Positions 10,007 to 21,566 of a stretch of 64,000 nucleotides of DNA are shown here, one piece after another. This DNA comes from Epithemia pelagica (lineage: Eukaryota; Protista; Bacillariophyta), in NCBI GenBank assembly GCA_946965045.2, contig OX337235.1:744001-808000 (forward strand), in the 5' to 3' direction. The first letter of the stretch is position 1; every line of letters begins with the position of its first letter. The translations under genes were made by a program, and so were the position numbers. The notes beneath the pieces are model-generated. The model made no database searches, was not told the DNA's origin, and worked only from the letters and a program-made list of their open reading frames with translations.

Positions 10007-13000
10007 GGCCGGTGCGCGAGTCGGCGACGGTGGAATTGCTCGTCTGTACCAAAGACTGAGCGAATCTCCACGCGTCTTGCGCGTCTGTGTCGTTCGTGAA
10101 CGACTTTGTGTTTTCCAAAAACTTTCTCATTTCGTCTAGGCGAGAGGGGTTGTTGTGTGCCACATACTTAAAGATAAGTTCGATCTCCTGCATTGTGGTG
10201 GACGAAAACTCGTGTTCGTCGTTTTCGAGGTTGTCATCGCTGCCGATCAGGGCCCGAGAGTGATCATCGGAGTCGTCCGTGTCCATCCTGTCTGCGGTCG
10301 ATGGTTCGTCGTCTTCTTGTTCGGTGAGAGGTGCAAATTGGTTGCGTTTGGCTGCGGGTTTGGAGTCTTCTTCCTCTGGGTGTGGTGCAAACGAGTTTGT
10401 TTGTGCGGCCACCGTCGTCCAGTCGGTTCCGTCCTCGTATGGGTCACTTTCTCCGTCTTCTGTGGGTTGCATTGCCTCGGCGCTTCGTTTGTTGGCTGGT
10501 GGGCTGGTGTTTGTCGGTGTACTCTGGTTGTTGGTGTTGTTGATGTTGCTGTCTCCGGACGTCTCATCGAGGTTGTTGTGTTTGCGACGGAGCAGACGGT
10601 TGGTGAAGGCTAGCAGCCTATTGGTGTGGCTTGAGGAAGTTGGATTGGTTGGGTTTTGGCCTGTGGTGGTCTGTCTTGGTGGTGTTGCCGCTACTGCCGC
10701 CAGAGTGGGGAGAAGAATGTTTTCGGGAAACTCTGGGTGCTGCCGGATGGTGTTGGTGGTTAACATGTGGGTGTCCGGTGTCTTTCGCAAATAGAGGGTG
10801 TAGAATTGCGGATCCGGGTCTTCGTTATCAAACTCTGGAAAAAGGGCCACGAATTCACGGATGTTTCGCAGGCGGTTCCAATCTCCGTCGGTTGCTTCTT
10901 GGTTGATGGGTTTGAGCTTGATTTTGACGCAAGCTCCGAAGAACTGGTCAATGTCCTTGATTGCCTCCAAGGTTGTTGTTCGATTGCTCTGAGAGGTTGG
11001 CATCGGGATGATTTGGATGTTGTTCTTGCACCAAGTCAGTTCGGTGTTGCGGTTGGCGGATAGGTAGGCGTTGTAACTCCGAAGTAGTGCCTCAAAGTTG
11101 CTTTTGGACGAGGCTGTGAGGTAAATTGCCGGAACTTGTCCACGTTGTTTATTTTTCAGCTCGCCGCTGAAAGTTCCAGCACGGCAGCCGATGTGGTTGT
11201 AATAGTCCACGTGGTTCAACTTCCGAGGGAGGTGAGGGGTGAGGATGTTTTGGATGTCGGAGGACAGGTCCAAAGCTGCTCGACGGTGTTTGATTGTTTG
11301 GGCCGGCACCCCTACGACTATGCCGTAGGTGTCGCTCGTGCGGTTGTTGCATGCTGGTTGGTAGACGTTGATCTGGTTGTACCGTGGGTATATCGTTGGG
11401 TTGGATTGGCGGGTGCCTGGGCGAAGGATTGTTTGGTACCCGTGCTCGTCGTAGGAAAAGTCGTCGTTGTGGTGCTTATGCCACATTTGCAAGACGAAGC
11501 GAAGACCTTGCTCGAAGAAAACACCGGTGTCGAATGCGTCGTTCGCTGGAGCTGGGGAGAGGGTGACATGGAAGGTGGATGTGTGTCCACTTCCCTTGTT
11601 GGATCGGTTTTGGTTGTCTGCGCCACGGAGGGGGCGACTGGGGGACTGTTTCGTTTCGAGGAAGTCCACGGAGTGGACCTGTAGCCACATCGGCTCTTCC
11701 CTCTTGCTGTGGTGGAAGAAAACGTCGTTGAGATGCGTTTTCAGAGCTTGTTCGGTGAGTCGCGGGAGAGTGGACTCGATCTCGTGGTTGTGGTGGTGGT
11801 TCACTGCCACGTGTAGGTGGAACAGGAAGGACGGTTCGGGAGACTGGGGACGTTTCGCCACTTTCGGTTGCCGGTAAGGGTTCGTCGTCGGCGTGCCTTT
11901 CTCGTTGTCGTTGCGTTTGGTGGTCGAGTCGTCGTCGCTCGTCGGGGTTTTGTTATCGGTGGGTTGCGTTTCCTTGGTTCCTTGGGTGCCTTCGTCCGTG
12001 GTTTGTTCCTCGGTGGTGTTGATTTGGTTGGGCTCGTTGTTGATGGATTCGGTGGTGGTGTTGTCGTTGTTGGTGTTGTCGCGGTGGTCGTTGGTGTTCT
12101 TTTTTTCTGTGTTTTGTTCGTTGTTCTTTTTTTCTGTGTTTTTGTCGTTGTTGGCAATGTTTCCTTTCTTGTTGTTGTCGTTGGCGGTTGTTTTGGTTGT
12201 CTTACGGTCCGGGGTGACGGCGGTGGTGCCGTGGATGGTAGTGGCTACGAGAGGGATGGGTCCGAGGGCGGAGGAGGGGATTTTTGCCCGGGTCGAGCGA
12301 CGGCCGGCGGAGGGTTTGGAGTGGACTTGCATCTTGGTCGGTGGTTGCTGTTGGCGGTGCTGGTCGGCTAATGGAGGCTCTCTGTGAAAAACTCTGTTTT
12401 CACTGTTTTTGTGAGGAAGGCATTCCGTTGGTTTGGTTGTTGGGGGGGTCATTTTGAGTTGGAGGATGACTCGCTGTAGGGCGTTGGCTATCTGGGTTCT
12501 TTTGGAGACCTTTGGGGCCGGGCAGCTGGGTTTGGTGGTGTCGGAGGTCGGCATCGTTTCAAATTCGGACTTGGTGGCGGGGGTGGTGGTTGTTGTTGTG
12601 TGGTTTGGCCTGGAGTGGTCCTGTGGTGGCGGGCGGGGGAGTGCCTGTTGGTGTCTTGCCCGGTCGACGTGGCCAGGGTCTTTGTTGTTGTCTTCGTGTC
12701 TTTGGGCTGGTGGTGGTGGAGTGGAGAGGTGGTCTGGCAGGGTCATCCTCTTGGTTGGTTCGGTCATCCTCTCGGTTGGTGTGGTCATCCGATTGTTTGG
12801 CTTGGTTTTGGTTTGGGGGCGTGCCGGATGCGTGTTGTCGTTACTCCGTAGCAGTCGCTGGGGGTCTGTGTTTCCGTTGGACGCTGTGTTTTCGGCCAGC
12901 TGTGGGTTCTGGGTTTTGCCATGGCGGCGGGGGAAACGTGTAGCGGCGTCGTGTGGTTTGTTTTGTTTGTTTTTCCTGAGACCATGGAGGGATTCCATGG

Positions 13001-13145
13001 CCCATGTTGTGGTCGCCATGCGTTGCATGTGTTGCCATCCGATGGGCGGGGGTGGATCGGCGTTGTTTTGGCAGTTGGGTCGTGGTTTGGCCATGGGAAT
13101 TTTCCTGGCCAATATGGCCCATGGCGGGTCCGCGTCGCGCCCCAT
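9963..13145 (-). CDS. Non-LTR ORF1, about 1060 aa, unknown function, low-complexity T/N-rich arms around a globular core
   Basis: Open frame 9963-13226 (first ATG at 13145), overlapping the ORF2 start by 44 nt. Confidence 0.7.
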   Translation of the reverse strand: MGRDADPPWAILARKIPMAKPRPNCQNNADPPPPIGWQHMQRMATTTWAMESLHGLRKNKQNKPHDAATRFPRRHGKTQNPQLAENTASNGNTDPQRLLRSNDNTHPARPQTKTKPNNRMTTPTERMTEPTKRMTLPDHLSTPPPPAQRHEDNNKDPGHVDRARHQQALPRPPPQDHSRPNHTTTTTTPATKSEFETMPTSDTTKPSCPAPKVSKRTQIANALQRVILQLKMTPPTTKPTECLPHKNSENRVFHREPPLADQHRQQQPPTKMQVHSKPSAGRRSTRAKIPSSALGPIPLVATTIHGTTAVTPDRKTTKTTANDNNKKGNIANNDKNTEKKNNEQNTEKKNTNDHRDNTNNDNTTTESINNEPNQINTTEEQTTDEGTQGTKETQPTDNKTPTSDDDSTTKRNDNEKGTPTTNPYRQPKVAKRPQSPEPSFLFHLHVAVNHHHNHEIESTLPRLTEQALKTHLNDVFFHHSKREEPMWLQVHSVDFLETKQSPSRPLRGADNQNRSNKGSGHTSTFHVTLSPAPANDAFDTGVFFEQGLRFVLQMWHKHHNDDFSYDEHGYQTILRPGTRQSNPTIYPRYNQINVYQPACNNRTSDTYGIVVGVPAQTIKHRRAALDLSSDIQNILTPHLPRKLNHVDYYNHIGCRAGTFSGELKNKQRGQVPAIYLTASSKSNFEALLRSYNAYLSANRNTELTWCKNNIQIIPMPTSQSNRTTTLEAIKDIDQFFGACVKIKLKPINQEATDGDWNRLRNIREFVALFPEFDNEDPDPQFYTLYLRKTPDTHMLTTNTIRQHPEFPENILLPTLAAVAATPPRQTTTGQNPTNPTSSSHTNRLLAFTNRLLRRKHNNLDETSGDSNINNTNNQSTPTNTSPPANKRSAEAMQPTEDGESDPYEDGTDWTTVAAQTNSFAPHPEEEDSKPAAKRNQFAPLTEQEDDEPSTADRMDTDDSDDHSRALIGSDDNLENDEHEFSSTTMQEIELIFKYVAHNNPSRLDEMRKFLENTKSFTNDTDAQDAWRFAQSLVQTSNSTVADSRTGHVVPHANWAKGPDE

Positions 13146-13499
13146 TGGCAGCGTGCCCTTGTCCGTGCGGTAAATGTTCGTTCCCTGAGGACGGCGTTCG
13201 GCTATTGTTGGTGTTATCGTCCTCAATGTAGTTCACTTCACAGTTCGGTATTCTTCTCTTTTTTTCTGTTTCGTAGTGTTGCAAGCTGAAGCCGCCGTAA
13301 GAAGTCACCAAGAACGAAGAAGGCGTGTTTATTTATTGTGTGGCTGTGGTTGATACAGGTTGATACGTAGATTATAGGAATATGCTATTTTAGGATAGAC
13401 GGACGGACGTCACGTTCGGTCGGTCTGAAGAAGATCATCTTCGGTCATGCCTGCCCACACTGCAAATCGTATCCAAACTGATTAACACTCATTTAAACA

Positions 13500-13872
13500 A
13501 TTCAGTTGATAGCAACCATTTAAATCCGAGACACACACCCCTCCCCCCAAAACCCTATTCAGTTGAAAATGTTTCTTTATTCTGTTGGAAAATCACCTAA
13601 TCGGTTCTTATTCAACTGACCTTTCATATTCAGTTGATGCTCATGTCCAAGTCATGTAAGTTATTCAGTTCCTACTATATTTTAATCAATTGACAACAAA
13701 TTATATTCAGTTGGTTGATTATATCAACTGAACACGCAAAATTAATTAATTCCACCAACCGAATAACATGTTTATTCAACCATATTCCATTCTTTATTCA
13801 GTTGTCCTACCTTTCACGCGTTCAAAGAGCGACCACACTTTGCGCAACCATATTCAATCCTTTATTCAGTTG
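13500..13872. repeat. Left subterminal ATTCAGTTG/CAACTGAA repeat array
   Basis: About eight copies or variants, e.g. near 13500, 13557, 13627, 13704, 13794 and 13862. Confidence 0.8.
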
Positions 13873-14144
13873 TCCTATTCTATCACCACAATGCGCGTTC
13901 AAAAAGCGACCACAGCATAACTCACCTATATATACATACATAGCATACATAGATATAATATAGATAGAGAATGTGATGTGTGGCGCCGCGAGAAGAAACT
14001 ATATATCACACCACATTATTTCTCTCTTTACACACACGACGAGAGATGAGAGAGAAAGAATACATTCTTTTTGTGGAGTCCACATCACACCATAACATAT
14101 AATATACTCTCCCAACATCACACATCGTTTTGTCGCCCTCTGTT

Positions 14145-16877
14145 TTAAGTTTTTCTTGAATTTCGTGACCGTACCCTTTTCGACTGTCGTCCTCTTACTG
14201 CTGACTCGGATGCCTTGATATCTTCACGCATGTCTTTTTCATAGCACTCGTTACAGAGAGCAAATTTACACGGATGAATCGAAAGGCATGCATTTTTACA
14301 TGCCATAACCGGATTAGACTGGTTAACCTTGATTCCCTTCCCTCCAAATGTTTTCTTACATTTTTTGCATGACGATGGCCAGTTCTCATTTTCCGTATAA
14401 TACTTGGTGGTAAAATAAGAAGAAGTGTCTTGAGGTATCAAAAGACAAAGTTCATGTGAAAGAGGACACTTCTCTTCATCTTCACCAGTGTTCTCGACGG
14501 TATTTTCCTCACTCTTATTGATTTCTTCATCATGATCCGTGTTCTAAATTATCATTCCCAAATCATTAATCGCTCTGTTAGTTCCCATCATTGTCGATAT
14601 TTAATGACCATATATGTAAAAGAATCTTTTCTTACCTTCCGTTTTTTCTTCTTTGCCCTTGTCTGTCAAGGGCAAACCACGACACAGAACCATTAGCTAT
14701 TTTTATACACAATTTCCGATGATGATTGCCTCACATACCTTTTTGGTTTTTCCTTCACCCCCCTGTCCATTGCTATGATTTTCATCCTGTCCAGAAGGTC
14801 TAGTTTCTTTACATCTTGGTAGAATTTCTTCATTTGGAAGTTGACAATTCTGCGAATCACCATTCGCCTGAGTCTCTAAACCTTCATCCCGCAACATTGT
14901 TCCGGATTCTGGTTCGTCATGGTTTTTTCTGTCGTCATCTTGTGATGGAATAGTATCGTTTCTTCTTTCATTTTGCTCTATTCCTTGTGTACTTATTTCG
15001 TTTGTTTCCTCTTCCTGATTGAGTTTCTCCCTGTCAGTACGTTCTTGTTCTCTTGACCGTAATACCTCTTGCCCAATTTCTGGTACTTTATTTAATACAT
15101 TTCCTCCACCACTTTCTTCGGCACCCCCCTTATTATTAGATCGACTTGCAGTGATACCACCACCTGACACTGAATCAGTCCGTCTTTCCTTCGACACAAC
15201 CTCTAATTCCCGACTGTCCTCTCTACTGCCATGTTTCTTTGTCGAAAGTCCCTGATCCACATGTTCATTTCCTGGACTAATAGAATCTGTCACGTTGTCT
15301 GTATTATGTTCTTCGAATAGTGGTTCTGAATCATGCGACATCTCCTCCATAGCTTCATCGTCATTTTCTGCATTATCTTCGTCGAAGAGATCCACTACTC
15401 CTAGTGGAACATTGCAATCACCACTCTGTTGTTGTTGTTCTTCATTGCCCACCACATTCTTCTCGATATTCTCCACGATTTCCCTGTTTTCTTCTGTCGG
15501 GGTATTCTCAGATACAGCCATATTCCCAGAAGGAAGTTGACATTCTCTGCGGATCTGGTCGTCCGTGAGATCTGAAATCTCTGCAGGATTTCTTCGTATT
15601 AGTAACTCTCTTCCTGTGATACGTTGGTCGACAACATTCCTCTGCCTTGGAAGAAAACATGTTGCGTACAACATACGAACGCATTCTTCGTCGATTTGCA
15701 CTCCAATTGCCTGTGTAAAAATATGGCTAGCTCTTTCGAAGTCTGGTGTAGCACTGTCGACTTCGATTTGTATGTTCTCTGTCGGCTGTTTGTGTCATGA
15801 ATTACAGTACGTACATCGTTAGTTTCATGGTGAAATACAAATGGTCCAATTGGTCCTTCTTCAGACAGATATAGGACGACGTACCTGTTCCGACCGAACA
15901 ACAACGTAGAAAAAGGTACTATTGTTGTACCTCACCTTTCTCTCGTAATTATTATTCTTGCATTGACCTTTTGTCAAAGAAATACTCCAACCCGCATGCT
16001 GTAGCATAGGAACCATTAATCCGGCAACTGCCTGAGATTTAGCAGACCGACCGATTGCAGAAAAACCACCGCGGTCAGTTGGGCAAATCCTGGTCCTCTT
16101 TCCATCCACAAATTTGGGTTTCTGTTGAGGCAACAAACACATTCCTTCACGCAATAGCCATTTGTCAATAGAATCAGCAAGCCAGTGTCTGTCCTTGTGA
16201 AAAGAGTGCACCAATTCAAATACTAGTCGATGATTTTCGGATGTGCTTTGTAGCCCATTGAGAATCTTTCGGAAATCTGATTGATGGACAGGATATGAAT
16301 TCGAGTCCTTCATCCGAATGTTCAATTCCCGTGCACGGGAAATTATTCCTTCGTTGTAACTCTCCGAAATAAAGGCACGAAGACTTTCACGTATTGCCTT
16401 TATTTCCTCCAACATCATTCTGCCATTCGGTTCTTCCGTATCCGCCAAACCATCTGTACGTCTGTTTTTTCGATAAATCCAAAGACGTTCTGCCTCCTCT
16501 GGTGTAGATGGACCAGCTCCTGTCTCTTTATTAAAAAAATCACGGGGATATTCCAACAATCGAACGGGACGTTGGGCGGTTGAAGTTGTCGGTGCAAAAC
16601 CAAAACCGGAATCAAGACTCGCTCGGATGTTCCTATTTGTAATCCGTGTAGTCCCAAGCGACTGGTTTTCTTGCGTTTCGCTTCTTGAATCCGATAGAGT
16701 CACTGATCTGGCACTAGAAGACGTGCGTGACCTACTATCAATGGCAATATCTTGTGAATGCAATGGAAGTGACTGATTGACGGCACGAATCACTGACTGT
16801 GGGTATACGGGTCGGTACATGTGTGAGCATGGAGGCAATGACAGCAGTAATTCAATGTATGTCGTGCCACTTACCAT
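14145..16877 (-). CDS. Spliced accessory gene of the CACTG element with an acidic middle region and a C-terminal Cys-rich, zinc-finger-like domain
   Basis: Phase-0 intron 15711-15884 (CAG|GTACGT...ACACAG|GCA) joins ORF 15861-16877 to ORF 14703-15701. Donor AAG|GTATGT at 14739. Last exon encodes CPLSH...CKKC...CKNAC...C...CNEC. Small 3' exons are uncertain. Confidence 0.6.
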
Positions 16878-17501
16878 CGTAGAACAACACTTCCCATGAA
16901 AAGTGGGCAGTCACAAATCGATAGTGACAATGTATAAATGCAGGAAAATGGAAAGATAAGTTACTCTCATGGGTGTGCTGATCGAGACAACGAGAAAAAA
17001 AGGAAAGCGAGACGAGACGAGAGACAGAGAGGGAATTGTTGCTTCCTCTACAACAAAACCGTTGCGGCTACCAACACTCAATTGATTGTGTCTAACGGTT
17101 TTGCCTGAATACCGCCATCTCTATGTTTCATATGAAAACGACATTACGCATGTCGTACAATTGTTCCCGGTTGCTAAATGAATTAACAATAGACATTGGA
17201 AAAGACACAGATTCAAATATTTCAGACATGGTTGCTCTAAACAGAAAACTGAAGTAAGTGCCGTCCGCGACTTACAGTATGAAATTGGAATGTCACAACA
17301 GGACTAAAAACCATACTATATGTAGAATAAATACATTACGTACAACTTAATTTCGAAATTTTGAATGATTGGATAGACGGGGGAATTTTTCCTCCCCCCA
17401 CACAGCGAGAGATTCTCTCGCTATATATATATATACGTGATGAAGGTGTTGTGCTTTGTTTGTAAAGAGAGACGACGTGAATGTGTGAGTGATTTTTGAC
17501 A

Positions 17502-20500
17502 ATGGAAAGGCAGCTTGAGATTCCCTGTCGTGAATGTTGCTCGATAATAATTTGTCAACCAGCACAATCATCCCCACCAAACATGGAAGCGTTCCTGTAC
17601 GAAGGTCGTTGTGCAAACGTGGACAGTCCTTGTTCTCTGGTACGAAAGACCATATTCGCATGTTCATTATGCGCATCGGGAAACTTGCCGTCGTCCAACA
17701 ACAAGAGAGGATACATATCTCATTGGAAATATGTTGCGAGACATGCATCGTCCGCATATCATGTCAGAAAATTGAATGACTGTCAGTCCATTGTACAAGA
17801 TTTACCAGAAGCCCCCCAAGAGAATCATGATGATGGACCATTGGGATTCGACGATGCAGATGAGTCCATGGAACAAAATCACAGTGATACACCAACGATT
17901 TCGGAATTGGCAAGACTGGGATTTGATTCCAAATCACAAACCCCATACTTTCTGCATTACGAATTAAAAGAGAAGGGTTTGGGGATGAGATACATAACTG
18001 GGAAGGCTTTTGGAGTAAGCCCCCACCTTGTTTCCGAAGACGAAGCAAGATTCTGTTTGCAAACATGTTCTCTCCTGATTGGTCTTACTGAAAGGCAGAA
18101 GGAGTTGTTGGCAACAATTCTCACGACGGCTGGGAACAACGGCAATTCAGATTTGTCCATTTTCAATACCATTCGATTACCAACAAGTACCGAAGATTTC
18201 GAAAAATTCTTTCTTGTTGGGAAAAGAAGCATTCTATCGAATTTACCACATCCCATTCCAAGATCAACAGATGATTCGACACATTCGTTTGTCTCCCTGA
18301 AGGATCTACTGGCCAATGAGATTGGTAAGGCCACAAGATACGACGAATATGACTTCATGGCCAAGGTTTATGTCGGTAACGATCATTCAGTTCCAAGTAT
18401 ATCATCCACGAGCCTTGCAAAAAGAATGTTGATCCAAATGAAAGAAAAAGAGGACATGGAATTAAACAAACCATCCACTGACGAGTATACAATCTATCTT
18501 TGGGTTCGGGAGTGGAGGGATGACTTCGACCCTAATAATACGAAGTCATCCCGAAACCAGGTGTGGTGTAACACTTACACAATCAGCCCTCCCACATCAG
18601 GGAACACATATGGATCAAATACATATTTTATGGGACTTTCCAGCAAAGGAGACGAACACAGGGAGGTGGAAGAAATTTTAGCACAGGAGATGGACGCTCT
18701 GTCGAAGAATGGATTACGACTGTACCATGGTGGAATGCGACGAATCATCACGGTTCGTATCAATAAGTTATTAATTTCAGTAGACCGACCCGAACGAACG
18801 TCAATGTTTCAAGTTGGAGACCACAACGGGACGTATTCGACCTGTTGGGGTTTCGCGACCCATGTTGATGGAAGTTGCCAGGTGAATCATCTTCCCTCGT
18901 GTCAGGAGTGTCGTAAGAAACGCGAGAAAAGACTGATGCATCAGATTCCTATCTCATCTGACAACCACGCAATCAAGGATGAAGTTGCATGTTCGGCGTG
19001 CTCTGATTGGTTAATTGAAGATCCTAAGTTTGTATTTTTAGCACCGTCAGACTACCCGCAAAGATTTGATTCTCGTGATGGCTCACCACCACCACCGAAA
19101 GATAGAGGATTATGGGCCCGAATTGAAGATATTCCCACGTCAGATGATCCAACACAAGACACAAATCATACAAACCAACCAGATATTTCGTCAGAGAATG
19201 AACAAAGACACATGAAGAAACGGAAAAAGAAACAAAAGAAACCAATGAAACGCATCTATTTGCGTACTGTGCGGCTATCTGTTACCTGGCTGCGTACAGC
19301 TGTTTGTTTCGCGTGTCATCAGATAAGGACATCTCTTCCAGGTGGAAGGGCTGGACAGATGTTTTGGAACAAAGGCAATTTTTCGTCGTACCTCAAGACA
19401 TGCGGTCTGACAAATCGGTTGATAGATGTACTGTTCAGTGCTTGTTCCAATGAGGTGGCTGAGTTTTCCACAATTCTCCCGGTATGTTGGAATGACTTGT
19501 GTTCCTTGGCCAAATGTCATTATGCTCCGATGCATATGTTGTTTCTTGGCCATATGAAGTCCAATATTGAGATGGTGTCGAATTGGCTCGGCAAGTTCAA
19601 TCGGCTCGCCTCTTTCGGGAAAGAGGCGAACAAGTACCTAATCCAGATACGTTCATTGCGAGCGACGAAGTTTTTTAATGCTCAACCATTGTCGACATCA
19701 AGTTGGGGCACCGGCGTTTGGGTTTCCGAGAATTACTTGCTCGGTGCCCGTATTTGGAAGTTCCTTATGTCCCTTCCATCAATCTCGAAGAACCAGGTAC
19801 TGACCAATGAGTCATATCGTAAAGAATGGATGGCGATCGTTCGTTTCATGCATGCAATGAGCATGGCCTTTACGCGTCTTATGACAAACAAGAAGGATAT
19901 TCCAATGTTAAAGGACTATATATTGATTTATATGGACCAGATGGTGATTGTCGACCGAATTTTGGCAGATTCCGACCGTCAAAAGAAAAATCCGAATTAT
20001 GTAAAGTCAAACTCACTTGGCATTTTGACATGTGCGGAAGCCCATGAAGACATGGGACCAGCTGTGTTACATTGGGAAGGTGGGTGGGAAGGCGAGAGGA
20101 AGATCCAGCAAATGAAACCTCTCCTAAACATCAAGCGTAGTAACGCTGATTGGACCAAGATATCTCTGACACGCCTGTACCAGCACGACACGCTACAATG
20201 GATGCTCCAACAGATGCCTGCAAGTAGCGAGAAAATACAGACTAACAACAGATCAAATGAGTCGCTGATAAAAATTTACAAGAACAGGCAAGAATTACAA
20301 GATGCATGTGACAGAAATTCCATTTTGTCGGTGATCTATGGTATAGATGAGCAAATCTACGCGGCTTATCGACCAATTGGAGAGGATACGGGCAATACAC
20401 GGCGTAAAATCAAGATTGTACGCATTGGGTTCGATGACAATAATGGAGAGTGGACATCAAGTCGGTGTTGGACTGCTCCTATCCGTCTGGAGGATGAATC

Positions 20501-20705
20501 TCGTGTGTATGAATCAATACATGTACTGCAACAACATGTAATAGATGAGGTGGTGCTCTTGCTTCCACAAATGAATGAGGACGCATTGACTTTCAAGAAC
20601 ATGTATTTTGGAGTCGGTAACAAGTGGCGAGAACGTTCCCATGATGGATTGTTTCGACATCCAGTGATTGACAATACACTTTTTGGGGACGAGAATCATA
20701 ACTAA
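17502..20705 (+). CDS. EnSpm/CMC-type DDE transposase, uninterrupted
   Basis: 1069-codon ORF inside the CACTG TIRs; WRDDFD, DRPER, CQEC, PMHMLFLG and HWEGGWEGER resemble CACTA/Plavaka-like catalytic motifs. Confidence 0.8.
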   Translation: MERQLEIPCRECCSIIICQPAQSSPPNMEAFLYEGRCANVDSPCSLVRKTIFACSLCASGNLPSSNNKRGYISHWKYVARHASSAYHVRKLNDCQSIVQDLPEAPQENHDDGPLGFDDADESMEQNHSDTPTISELARLGFDSKSQTPYFLHYELKEKGLGMRYITGKAFGVSPHLVSEDEARFCLQTCSLLIGLTERQKELLATILTTAGNNGNSDLSIFNTIRLPTSTEDFEKFFLVGKRSILSNLPHPIPRSTDDSTHSFVSLKDLLANEIGKATRYDEYDFMAKVYVGNDHSVPSISSTSLAKRMLIQMKEKEDMELNKPSTDEYTIYLWVREWRDDFDPNNTKSSRNQVWCNTYTISPPTSGNTYGSNTYFMGLSSKGDEHREVEEILAQEMDALSKNGLRLYHGGMRRIITVRINKLLISVDRPERTSMFQVGDHNGTYSTCWGFATHVDGSCQVNHLPSCQECRKKREKRLMHQIPISSDNHAIKDEVACSACSDWLIEDPKFVFLAPSDYPQRFDSRDGSPPPPKDRGLWARIEDIPTSDDPTQDTNHTNQPDISSENEQRHMKKRKKKQKKPMKRIYLRTVRLSVTWLRTAVCFACHQIRTSLPGGRAGQMFWNKGNFSSYLKTCGLTNRLIDVLFSACSNEVAEFSTILPVCWNDLCSLAKCHYAPMHMLFLGHMKSNIEMVSNWLGKFNRLASFGKEANKYLIQIRSLRATKFFNAQPLSTSSWGTGVWVSENYLLGARIWKFLMSLPSISKNQVLTNESYRKEWMAIVRFMHAMSMAFTRLMTNKKDIPMLKDYILIYMDQMVIVDRILADSDRQKKNPNYVKSNSLGILTCAEAHEDMGPAVLHWEGGWEGERKIQQMKPLLNIKRSNADWTKISLTRLYQHDTLQWMLQQMPASSEKIQTNNRSNESLIKIYKNRQELQDACDRNSILSVIYGIDEQIYAAYRPIGEDTGNTRRKIKIVRIGFDDNNGEWTSSRCWTAPIRLEDESRVYESIHVLQQHVIDEVVLLLPQMNEDALTFKNMYFGVGNKWRERSHDGLFRHPVIDNTLFGDENHN

Positions 20706-20902
20706 AAACAACTTTCTTCTGGAAAGATCTCTATTCTGGGTATGGCAGAGATTGATCAAGAAAGCGTTATGATGTATACATCGGTCATCCAACCAGCATG
20801 CCGTGTGTTGAGATAGGAGAGAGAGGCATGGAAAGAGGTTGAGATATAGACGACGGACGAGAGAGATGTGATGAGAGATTCGATAATTTTGTGTGGACGA
20901 GA

Positions 20903-21435
20903 CGAGAGAGAGAGAGAGAGAGAGAGAGGCTTGCGTTGTCCTTTAGAATTAATCCCAATGATGAAGGCACTTGTCGATGTAAAGAGGCATTAGTTGAAAC
21001 TGAATTAGAAAAGTACATTTCTCGCCATAGTAGTTAAATGTTGTTAGGATAGACTATATATGCGTAGTACCAAATAAGAGAAGGCAATTCTATGGAAACA
21101 AAATGTGTTAGAAGGGTCAATTTGAATTCGCAATGTTCATTGGATAGGGCAATAAGTTATCATCATCCTAAGTTTGGTATGAGTTGGATGTAGGAGGCAA
21201 TATAAAAAAAATAAGTATGTCTAATTCGCAATATGTATCTATGTTTGGTCTTGAGGGCAATATATAGAGAGAAACAAACACGTAATGCAGGCGCGGTATT
21301 TTTCAAAATTACTGGAAGAAAACGCGCGGTCAGGATATATATGTGGGAATGTGTATATATGCACATCACACACACACATCAGTCAGAAACACACACACAC
21401 ACACACACACACATACACACACACACACACACGCA
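20903..21435. repeat. (GA)n at about 20903-20928 and (CA)n at about 21365-21435, inside the CACTG element
   Basis: Directly visible dinucleotide runs. Confidence 0.9.
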
Positions 21436-21566
21436 CACACCCGAAACAAAAAAAAAAGACACAAAAGGAAGAGAGCCGACGACACACAAAAAATAAAGAG
21501 AAAGAGAAAGATACAACAACGACGACAAAACGAAAAAGAACAGAGAGGGTCAAGTGGGTGGTTATC

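Larger units (their letters stand above)
7313..13457 (-). mobile_element. CRE-like non-LTR retrotransposon, 3'-truncated, two ORFs; 5' end uncertain
   Basis: RT ORF2 plus an overlapping ORF1 on the minus strand, with uniform strand-biased composition up to the CACTG junction at 13458. Confidence 0.8.

Noticed and set aside
21285-21566. His-Thr repeat N-terminus of the 444-aa ORF
   Set aside because: This is read-through of the (CA)n tract; the real start is probably 21567.
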